DNA of 47,139 nt from Promethearchaeota archaeon. GTDB taxonomy: Archaea > Asgardarchaeota > Lokiarchaeia > Sigyniarchaeales > SOKP01. Position numbers and translations under genes: made by a program. The DNA lies in assembly GCA_016839745.1 (NCBI GenBank), contig JAEOTS010000075.1, positions 1 through 47,139 of the forward strand. The letters run 5' to 3'. Shown piece after piece: positions 39,598-47,139 of the stretch (its first letter is position 1; every line of letters begins with the position of its first letter). The notes beneath the pieces are model-generated. The model saw only the letters and a list, made by a program, of their open reading frames with translations, ran no database searches and was not told where the DNA came from.

Positions 39598-39969
39598 TTA
39601 TTTTTTTAATGCTTCTAGCTTCTTTATAATATCTTCTAATTCTCGATCGTTACCAGTACCTACATTTTCAATTGCAATTGCAGAAGAAGCAACATTAATG
39701 CGAGCTGAATTCCCTAATTCCTTCTTTGTTGAAACATAACAAAAGGGAATACTTTTTTCTTCGCAAAGTAATGGAATGTGAAATAAAATCTCTGGTGGGG
39801 TAACGTCTTCCGCCATAATAACTAGCTTTGCTAAGCTTCTTTCAATTGACTTTGTAACCTCGTTCATCCCTTTTCTAATTTTAGAATCGCGAGTCCCAGC
39901 TATTTTATTCAATGACTCCTTAATGCCGTTTTTCAGATCGTCAGGAACTTTAAATTTTACATAACTCAT
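39598..39969 (-). CDS. rpl7ae: 50S ribosomal protein eL8 (L7Ae)
   Basis: MSYVKF, IRKGMNEVTK.IER, AEDV.PPEI..H.PLLCEEK; ATG 39969 preferred over TTG 39984. Confidence 0.96.
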   Translation of the reverse strand: MSYVKFKVPDDLKNGIKESLNKIAGTRDSKIRKGMNEVTKSIERSLAKLVIMAEDVTPPEILFHIPLLCEEKSIPFCYVSTKKELGNSARINVASSAIAIENVGTGNDRELEDIIKKLEALKK

Positions 39970-40124
39970 TTTTTCTCTTTCCAATATATTTGTTTTAATA
40001 TATTATCATAAATCATCGATTTTTAATGTATTAATTAATTTTGGATATAAAATAAAATTTTTGATTTAAAGGTTTAGCCTATAATAGTAAAATTTTTTTA
40101 GAATACTTCTTTTAGTTATTTATA

Positions 40125-40325
40125 ATGATTATTCCGATAAGATGCTTTTCGTGCGGTAAACTAATTGCTCATATTTATAAACCTTATTTAGAGCTATTGG
40201 AAAAAGGTGAGAGATCAGAAGACGCTTTTAAACAATTAGGTCTTGAAAGATTTTGCTGCCAACGCATGATAGTCGGCCATGTAGATTTGATAGACGATCT
40301 TTTAAAGTTCTCAAGATTGCAGTAG
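40125..40325 (+). CDS. rpo10: DNA-directed RNA polymerase subunit Rpo10 (N)
   Basis: MIIPIRCFSCGK, LGLERFCCQRM, HVDLID. Confidence 0.96.
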   Translation: MIIPIRCFSCGKLIAHIYKPYLELLEKGERSEDAFKQLGLERFCCQRMIVGHVDLIDDLLKFSRLQ

Positions 40326-40375
40326 TCTTAAAAAAAAGAATAGATTTTAGATTTATTAGCTTTTAAAGATTTATT

Positions 40376-40849
40376 TTACATTTTCTTAGCCAAATTAATT
40401 CCGTATTCTTTACATTTTGATACGTCTTCTTCTACAATTGGACCTTTCATTCCACCAACTTTTATTGATAACCCAGGAAGAGCCATGGTTGAATTTGGAA
40501 CTTTCTCATTTACTTGTTTTTCCATCTTCTTAACAGCTTTTTCAAAGTCTTTTCCCATGTAGGTGTCAAAAACAGCAAATGAATTGGCTTTTACGGCAGT
40601 ACTGGAAAGATTACTTATAAATTTCTTAATACTCTTTATATGGCTTCCCATATGATTTGGAGATCCAATTACTATTAAATCGTAAGTCTTATCATCGTTA
40701 AGATCAACATCTTTTACATTCTTAACTTCCGTTATGTTGCTCTCAACTGAGTTAATTCCATCAGCAATATCTTCTGCACACTGTTGAGTATTTCCATGTT
40801 TTGTATCATAAACAACTAAAACTTTCATTATATTTTTTACCTTTTTCAA
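40376..40849 (-). CDS. Flavodoxin-like protein
   Basis: VVYDTKHGNT, DLIVIGSP, AVFDTY. Confidence 0.88.
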   Translation of the reverse strand: MKKVKNIMKVLVVYDTKHGNTQQCAEDIADGINSVESNITEVKNVKDVDLNDDKTYDLIVIGSPNHMGSHIKSIKKFISNLSSTAVKANSFAVFDTYMGKDFEKAVKKMEKQVNEKVPNSTMALPGLSIKVGGMKGPIVEEDVSKCKEYGINLAKKM

Positions 40850-40911
40850 AATTGAATTATAGTTTAATTTAGAGTAATGTAAAATAAATAATTAGGTTTT
40901 TTAAAAAATCC

Positions 40912-41094
40912 TTACTCTTTTCCATATAAGCTAGTCCATCTCACATGTCTGGGGTTACGTTTCTGAACCAGCATAGCAGTTCGACATTTATGTGTACAGA
41001 AATTAAATATAGTTCCGTCTTTTTTAATGTACATGTGTCCTTTTCCGATGGGAATGTCATATCCACAAAAAGAACATCGCTTTACTTTAACCAT
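40912..41094 (-). CDS. rpl24e: 50S ribosomal protein eL24
   Basis: CSFCG..I..GKG.MY...DG...FC..KC, NPR.VRWT. Confidence 0.96.
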   Translation of the reverse strand: MVKVKRCSFCGYDIPIGKGHMYIKKDGTIFNFCTHKCRTAMLVQKRNPRHVRWTSLYGKE

Positions 41095-41132
41095 GGAATT
41101 TTCATCTCAATTTGCTAATAAGCTCAATCCTA

Positions 41133-41534
41133 TTATTCTTTCGATTTAAAAAGTTCGGTCTCTCCATATTTTAATATTTTAAGGTTAATAAGCGTCATAT
41201 CGAACGTAATTTCGTTGCCCCTAACTGTTTTTCTTCTTTTTTCCCCTTTTCTTCTTGGTTTGTAACCGATTGCTCTTTTGGAAACTAAAATTCTCTTTTT
41301 TACGGGGCCATGAACGTCTTTTCTCATAGGAAATCCGCTAGCATCAGAACCACCTGTGATCTCGAAATCGTAGTTAGGAAAACCAATAAGACCTCCATTG
41401 ATAGTATCCCCTATCTTCATACCTTCAAAGCGAAATTTCTTCTCGTCTATCTCAATTAATTTAGATAATCCTTTACCTGGTCCTGAGGTCCCACCGGATA
41501 TATTTAACTTATATACTCTCTTATCTGAGCTCAT
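41133..41534 (-). CDS. rps6e: 30S ribosomal protein eS6
   Basis: GMKIGD, ITGGSD.SGFPMR, GE.RRKTVRGN. Confidence 0.96.
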   Translation of the reverse strand: MSSDKRVYKLNISGGTSGPGKGLSKLIEIDEKKFRFEGMKIGDTINGGLIGFPNYDFEITGGSDASGFPMRKDVHGPVKKRILVSKRAIGYKPRRKGEKRRKTVRGNEITFDMTLINLKILKYGETELFKSKE

Positions 41535-41705
41535 TATTATCGAACTAACAAAAAGGAAATTACTAAGATAAATATCTTAAAATTTAAAAATTTTATTGAT
41601 TTTGTGTTCTAAAGAAATTTTCTGAGAATATTATGAAAAAAAATACAATTTATTTTAAAGATCACCTCCTATTAAAAATATAGAACTAAGTTGGGATTTA
41701 ATTAA

Positions 41706-42479
41706 ATGGTACAGATTTTTGAAGCTCTTGAAGTGAGAGAAGACCCTTTTTTTCTTACCGTAGAAGTTGAGGAAGGAGAAAAAGTTGCGGATGTACTTAA
41801 TAATATGAATAGTCATAAAGTCTATTTGCTAGTAGATCACGATACTAAGAGAATTTGGACTTATAATGGCCAGAATAGCCCCCTAAAACTTCAATTTTAC
41901 GGTGGAACCCTAGCTGGAATGTTGCGTAAGCAGATAGGAATATTCTATAGAGTTTTCCCGTTAAATAAATATGCTATGGAAGATCCCGAATATCAAGAAG
42001 TAATGGATAAACCTATTGGACCTGGAAAAGCGAAGACAATAGAAAAAAAAGATTTTTCTAAATCAGCAACGCAGAGCGCATTAAGAGATATAATTATTCA
42101 TAATCCAAGATTAAGTAAAGCTTTGGAAAATATAAATTCTTTTTCTATACCAGAGGATTTTAGAAGAATATTCTTGATTGTGGCAGGTACAATTTATTCT
42201 GGCGAAGAAACTCCGAAATCGGTTCTATCTGAGGAAGAAAGTTCTGAATCCTTAGTAAAAATGGGTAGATTAAACAATGGTTTTACCTTCTTCGATGACC
42301 GTAATTATTCTACTAGAGTAGTAGTAAAGAATAGATCCATCCAAGGGATTGAATTATTTGTGCACGATTACGATAAAATGCCTGTTGTTCAAATTAAATC
42401 TCCCATTATTCATGAAGAAAAAATTAGCAAAAAGGGGGATATGGATAAACTAATTGATGCTTTTCAATTTCCAAAATAG
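41706..42479 (+). CDS. Gelsolin-like domain protein with uncharacterised C-terminal domain
   Basis: MNSHKVYLLVDHDTKRIWTYNGQNSP...GTLAGMLR matches the gelsolin repeat core LNS.DVFILD....IY.W.G..S. Confidence 0.6.
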   Translation: MVQIFEALEVREDPFFLTVEVEEGEKVADVLNNMNSHKVYLLVDHDTKRIWTYNGQNSPLKLQFYGGTLAGMLRKQIGIFYRVFPLNKYAMEDPEYQEVMDKPIGPGKAKTIEKKDFSKSATQSALRDIIIHNPRLSKALENINSFSIPEDFRRIFLIVAGTIYSGEETPKSVLSEEESSESLVKMGRLNNGFTFFDDRNYSTRVVVKNRSIQGIELFVHDYDKMPVVQIKSPIIHEEKISKKGDMDKLIDAFQFPK

Positions 42480-42579
42480 CTACCTGATGTCGAAATTGAC
42501 AATAAAGAGATAAGAGAAGGGGAAAGCTGAAGCTATAACCAATGCGAGAAAGGCAATAACTGTACAGATTATAATTATA

Positions 42580-43911
42580 ATGATTCTTTTAATAAACCCA
42601 AAAACCACTAAACCTACAGAATTTCAAACTGACTTTTTTAGAGAACCTAACCTAGGAATTTTATATTTAGCAGCTATTTTAGACCACAAGAACATTCCCG
42701 TAGAAATTTTAGATTTAGAACAGTATTATGATTTAGAAAATGATGTTATAACAAAAATTATTATAGAGAAAATTAAGCTACACGATATAATTGGAATTAC
42801 TTCACTTACTAATACATTTCATATAACAATTTGGATAGCTAAAATAATAAAAAATTATAGTAGAAAGAAGATTATTGTTCTGGGAGGTCCTCATGTGTCT
42901 TTTAAATACGAGGAAATTCTAAACAAAGAAGATACAATCGATTTTATATGCGTTAAAGAATCGGAAAATTCCTTTCCGCAATTGGTTGATCTCATTATAG
43001 ATGTTTTAAATAAAAATGGACTTATTCACGATTACGAAAGAGAATTGGACAAGATTAATGGAATAGCATATAAGAATTTAAAAGGTGAGATTGTACATAC
43101 AGATTTTCCCAAACCAGTTGATGTAGACAATTTACCCTTGCCTGCAAGATATCTTTTATCCCAGGAAAACTTCTACTATAGAGTAGCGAGTGTTATAATT
43201 AATAGGGGGTGTCCAAATCAATGTTCATTTTGTTCTAGGCAAAAAATGTCTCCAGTCGTCCGAATAAGGAGTCTCGATTCAATTTTATCTGAAATTCGAG
43301 ATATCGCAACATATCAAACGTACGACTATATCAACTTTTACGACAATATAAATATTAATAGGAAATTCTTCCACGGCTTTTGTAGATTATTTATTGACAA
43401 TAAGATTACCATTCCTTGGGGTTGTGAACTACGGGTTGATACTATAACCTCAAAAGATGCAATTCTGTTAAAAGAAGCAGGTTGTCGGTTAGTTGCAACT
43501 GGAATAGAATCCGCAAGTCTCGAAGTTCTTAAAAACAATTTAAAATATCAAGATCCTAATCAAGTAGTGATTGGTATAAAACATTTAAAAGCAGTTAAAA
43601 TTCCTATTCAAGCGTACTTTGTATTAGGTTTACCCGGGGAAACTGAGCGTAGTTTTTATAAAACTGTTGAATTCATCAAAAGTTTACCGTTTAATCGAGA
43701 GGATAGGATTAATTATTTTGCAGCCACACCTTATCCTGGTTCACGCTTATGGGATGAGAGGGATTCATTTAAACTAAAGATTGTAGAACAAGATTTTACT
43801 AAATATGATTGTCAACATCTAATCTTTGAAACTCAAGATTTAGACTTAAAGAAATTGCACAATTTACTTCGTATCGCTAAAGAGACAGAAAAATTGTTTT
43901 CTCAACCTTAA
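42580..43911 (+). CDS. B12-binding radical SAM protein
   Basis: PNLGILYLAA, GGPH, RGCPNQCSFC, GIES, GLPGET, PYPGS. Confidence 0.92.
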   Translation: MILLINPKTTKPTEFQTDFFREPNLGILYLAAILDHKNIPVEILDLEQYYDLENDVITKIIIEKIKLHDIIGITSLTNTFHITIWIAKIIKNYSRKKIIVLGGPHVSFKYEEILNKEDTIDFICVKESENSFPQLVDLIIDVLNKNGLIHDYERELDKINGIAYKNLKGEIVHTDFPKPVDVDNLPLPARYLLSQENFYYRVASVIINRGCPNQCSFCSRQKMSPVVRIRSLDSILSEIRDIATYQTYDYINFYDNININRKFFHGFCRLFIDNKITIPWGCELRVDTITSKDAILLKEAGCRLVATGIESASLEVLKNNLKYQDPNQVVIGIKHLKAVKIPIQAYFVLGLPGETERSFYKTVEFIKSLPFNREDRINYFAATPYPGSRLWDERDSFKLKIVEQDFTKYDCQHLIFETQDLDLKKLHNLLRIAKETEKLFSQP

Positions 43912-44207
43912 AATATTGATCTATGCGGTACACAATGAGGAAATGTTCGTGTAAAATGAGTAAAAGCAGTTTTTTCTTGACCCTTTGCAAGTAATGTCTT
44001 AATTTCTTCCAAATTTTCTTTTTGTATTTTATAGATATCCGGGTTTATGCCTTTTGTTTCTAAGACAGTAATTAAGGTGCTAAGGTACTCTGATAACACA
44101 GTTCCATCTCTTTCCTTAAATTTTCTAAAATCTTCTCGACAGGTAGTTAAAACTGTTGTTATATCGGGTTGTCTAGGATATCTTCCTTCAGATAATGCGT
44201 TTGACAT
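43908..44207 (-). CDS. Hypothetical protein
   Basis: 99-aa ORF filling the gap, convergent with 4-nt stop overlap. Confidence 0.55.
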   Translation of the reverse strand: MSNALSEGRYPRQPDITTVLTTCREDFRKFKERDGTVLSEYLSTLITVLETKGINPDIYKIQKENLEEIKTLLAKGQEKTAFTHFTRTFPHCVPHRSIF

Positions 44208-44424
44208 TTTTTAATTTCACACATCTACAGAAAAATACAATTCTGTATTCTTTAAAGAACATATCAATTTTGATATTTATAATTATCTACAATCTATTTT
44301 TTTATAAATAGGGGAAGGATAATTTAAATAATGAGAAATAACTCTAATTTAATGTAGTTAAGAATTATTTTATAATATCTAAAACATATAAAAAAATAAA
44401 TAAGAATTAGGTACTGTACTTATT

Positions 44425-45708
44425 ATGGCTAAAAGTGACTACTTTATAGGGGAAGCCCTTTTAGGTGCTGAAGAAAACTTAGCACATATAGATTTAATAA
44501 TTGGTTCAAAAGATGGGCCTGTTGGTGTATCGTTTGCAAATGCACTTAGTTCTCCTTCAATAGGTCATGGAGGGCTTTTGGCATGTATAAGGCCAAATCT
44601 TCTTACAAAACCAGTTAGCCTTGTTATACCCAAGGTAACTGTTTCAAAAATGGAAGAGGCCAACAAGATTTTTGGACCCGCTCAAGCTGCCGTTGCTAAA
44701 GCAATAGCCGATGCAGTAGAAGAGAATATAATTCCAATGAATAAACTGGATGAATGGGTACTCATTATAAGCGTCTTTATTCACCCCGATGCAAAGGATT
44801 ATAGGAAAATATATCAATATAATTATAGCGCGACAAAATTAGCGATTAAAAGAGCTTTAATAAATTACCCTCCAATTGACAAAATTTTCTACGATAAAGA
44901 TCGAGCAAAGCACCCTGTTGCTGGAATGAAAGTACCAAGGCTTTGGAGACCTCCATATATCCAAGTAGCTTTGGATCATCCAAACATAGAACATCATATG
45001 AAAGTAGTAAAACAACTACCCAAGAGTGACAGGATTATCTTAGAAATTGGAACACCTTTCCTCAAAAAGTACGGAATGGAAGCGATCAAAAAAATTCGAG
45101 AACTTGCACCTCAAAAATTCATCGTAGCCGATTTAAAAACTCTAGATGTAGGGAAATTAGAAGTCGATTTTGTCTTTGACGCAACTGCAGATGCTGCTGT
45201 TGCAAGTGGTTTAGCGGCCTCCTCCTCCATAGATAAATTCCTTTTAGAAACTAATCGTATGGGAATTTATGGTTTTGTTGATACAATGGAAGTAGATGAT
45301 CCTGTAGCAAAATTGAGCAAGCTAAAACAAGTCCCTGATGTTGTCATTCTACATCGAGCAATTGACGTGGAACAAGCTACTGGTTCAGAATCCTCAAATG
45401 CAGCTCAAAAAGCAAGATGGGCAGCAATTCCTAAGATTAAGGAATTATATAAGGATCAGAAATTAGCATCCGGTCGAGACCGCGTTTTAGTTGCTGTTGC
45501 TGGAGGAATTGATCCAACTACCGCCAGTAGTGCATTAGAGATGGGAGCTGATATTTTAATAGTAGGCAGGTTCGTTACCTCATCTAAAGACATTGAAAAT
45601 TCGATGAGAAGACTTCTTAATCTCATACCAGGTTACTCTGATATTGACTTAAAGAGAATTCACACGGAAGATGACGATAGTTCCGTAAAGAAGCCTAAAT
45701 GGGATTAA
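44425..45708 (+). CDS. fae-hps: Bifunctional formaldehyde-activating enzyme / 3-hexulose-6-phosphate synthase
   Basis: Fae: IGEAL, AHIDL.IG, PKVT, FGPAQAAVAKA, VFIHP, YNY.ATKLA; Hps: QVALD, EIGTP, DLKTLD, VAGG, VGR. Confidence 0.95.
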   Translation: MAKSDYFIGEALLGAEENLAHIDLIIGSKDGPVGVSFANALSSPSIGHGGLLACIRPNLLTKPVSLVIPKVTVSKMEEANKIFGPAQAAVAKAIADAVEENIIPMNKLDEWVLIISVFIHPDAKDYRKIYQYNYSATKLAIKRALINYPPIDKIFYDKDRAKHPVAGMKVPRLWRPPYIQVALDHPNIEHHMKVVKQLPKSDRIILEIGTPFLKKYGMEAIKKIRELAPQKFIVADLKTLDVGKLEVDFVFDATADAAVASGLAASSSIDKFLLETNRMGIYGFVDTMEVDDPVAKLSKLKQVPDVVILHRAIDVEQATGSESSNAAQKARWAAIPKIKELYKDQKLASGRDRVLVAVAGGIDPTTASSALEMGADILIVGRFVTSSKDIENSMRRLLNLIPGYSDIDLKRIHTEDDDSSVKKPKWD

Positions 45709-45727
45709 TTTTTCATTTAATTTTTCA

Positions 45728-46027
45728 TTAAATTATTTTTTGGCTAGTAATATAAGCATCATGAAATAGTTCAAAAAATTTAAAAAAATTAAAAACTTGA
45801 TATGTTTTTGGCGTTTTAGATCCATATCTCTTCAAGATTCCAGTTTTTTCGAGAGCTTGCAAGCTTCTCCAATAAAAATTAATTTTAGAACTGTCTCTTG
45901 CCTTAATGTTATATAAATTTCTTATTTTTTTTACAGTTATTAGCGATGTATATTTATATCTGATTATATTCCATATGGCAAATATGGTTTCATCCATAAA
46001 TTTCTCATGGACATTCATTAGTCCCAT
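45728..46027 (-). CDS. Small winged-helix-like protein
   Basis: ITVKKIR...RSLQALEKTGILKR...PKTY pattern. Confidence 0.55.
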   Translation of the reverse strand: MGLMNVHEKFMDETIFAIWNIIRYKYTSLITVKKIRNLYNIKARDSSKINFYWRSLQALEKTGILKRYGSKTPKTYQVFNFFKFFELFHDAYITSQKII

Positions 46028-46192
46028 TCACCATTCAACATAAATATACTTTTAACTTTTTAATTTTTCGCTTTATCATGCCTAGTAAAAACCAATTCTA
46101 TGTAATTCAATAAAATCTAAAGAGGTAACAATTTCTCTACAAAAAGGTTTAAATACAAAAATAGAGAAATTATTTAATGAATTCAATTAGAT

Positions 46193-46855
46193 TTGGGTAA
46201 AATGAATGCTAATAAAATAATAGCATGTGAAAAATGCGGAACTGAAATCTCTGGATCCCAAAAGAAAGTTTTTTTTGGGTTATGTTCAAATTGTTTTCAA
46301 TTAGAAAACAAATCATTGAAACACAGTAATGTACTCGTTCTTTTGTTTGGTTTATTTATTCTCTTAATAGGAGTTCTAGGGGTATCGAGCTCTGCTGGTC
46401 TTTTGATTTTAGAAGTAATGTCTTCACCAGACATATTATACAGTATTTTTGTTATTATTTTTTTTGGGTTTTTCATTTTTGCCAGCTTTGCATTAACCAT
46501 GGGCGGATATTCCCTGCTTAAGAGATGGTTCTCTTTAAGGAAATTTATCAGAGAACCCATTACTAAAGTAGATGAATTTTCTCTTGTACTTACCGACAAG
46601 GAGAAGAAAGATGACTTAACGCGTATATCCTCCATATCTTTACTGAGCACTTTTTTTATAGCTAGCTTTTTGGGTCTATTTTTCGGAGGGGTAATAGGGA
46701 CAATTATTGAACTAGCTATGAATCCCCAGAGTGAAATAACTGGATACGAAGGAGGTTTTCAAGGTGCGATCGTGGGTGCAATATTGTTTGCTATTATTGG
46801 ACCGTTAATACAAGTTCTCATCAAATCAATCAATGACAACAAACTTACTGCATAG
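46193..46855 (+). CDS. Membrane protein with N-terminal zinc finger
   Basis: CEKCG...CSNC followed by about four TM segments. Confidence 0.65.
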   Translation: MGKMNANKIIACEKCGTEISGSQKKVFFGLCSNCFQLENKSLKHSNVLVLLFGLFILLIGVLGVSSSAGLLILEVMSSPDILYSIFVIIFFGFFIFASFALTMGGYSLLKRWFSLRKFIREPITKVDEFSLVLTDKEKKDDLTRISSISLLSTFFIASFLGLFFGGVIGTIIELAMNPQSEITGYEGGFQGAIVGAILFAIIGPLIQVLIKSINDNKLTA

Positions 46856-46948
46856 ACAGGTAAATTATATAAAATATTGTAAACAATTAAAGGTAATATT
46901 TTTAATAGATTATTTTAAGGTTATTATATTAATTGAGGAAGAATTTTC

Positions 46949-47139
46949 ATGAAGCATAAAACAGGAATTATTTTGTTAATCATTGGCGGAATATGCATGC
47001 TAATTAGTTCTGTAACTGGAGGTATTCAAATATTTGAGACTATTTATTTGATAGTTGCGAATCAATGGCCAGAATACGAACCAATTTTCAATGTAATTGT
47101 TAATGTAATTTTTAGATGGATTGCGGATTTAGGAGGCGC
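46949..47139 (+). CDS. Membrane protein, truncated by the window end
   Basis: ATG after GAGGA; MKHKTGIILLIIGGICMLISSVTGG... open to the window end. Confidence 0.6.
   Translation, partial: MKHKTGIILLIIGGICMLISSVTGGIQIFETIYLIVANQWPEYEPIFNVIVNVIFRWIADLGG

Noticed and set aside
1966-46650. Short antisense or out-of-frame ORFs in the track (e.g. 2513..2722, 4473..4661, 18614..18868, 37134..37412, 46297..46650)
   Set aside because: They overlap well-supported genes and show no motifs
1-47139. tRNA, rRNA, CRISPR array, IS or prophage
   Set aside because: No GC-rich cloverleaf islands, spaced repeats, transposase or integrase seen
1-47139. Selenoprotein with in-frame TGA
   Set aside because: The TGA-ending genes examined finish at expected family ends; no interrupted redox motif seen

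Overview
AT-rich, densely coding archaeal chromosomal segment, most likely from an Asgard archaeon (Lokiarchaeia-like). This is inferred from archaeal informational genes (tfb, rpo7, spt4, rpo10, rps24e/27ae/28e/6e, rpl7ae/24e, kae1, bud32, taw1) found together with eukaryotic-signature-type proteins: an Arf/Rag-like GTPase, a Rab-like GTPase, two Roadblock/LC7 proteins, a gelsolin-like protein and a pseudo-GTPase/alpha-solenoid. No tRNA, rRNA, CRISPR array or mobile element was recognised. Most notable: (1) a CoA-transferase-fold protein lacking its catalytic Glu, fused to a Pat-type GNAT and divergent from acs, a candidate acyl-CoA-sensing Acs acetylation switch; (2) a 1251-aa degenerate GTPase plus solenoid with three C-terminal repeats, near an Arf/Rag-like GTPase ending in a coiled coil, a Pro-rich linker and a WH2/FAB-like helix; (3) Taw1 carrying an inserted winged-helix domain; (4) rpo7 with no in-frame ATG/GTG/TTG at its expected start; (5) a tandem pair of uncharacterised paralogues. 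All calls come from motif recognition by eye; no database search was run.
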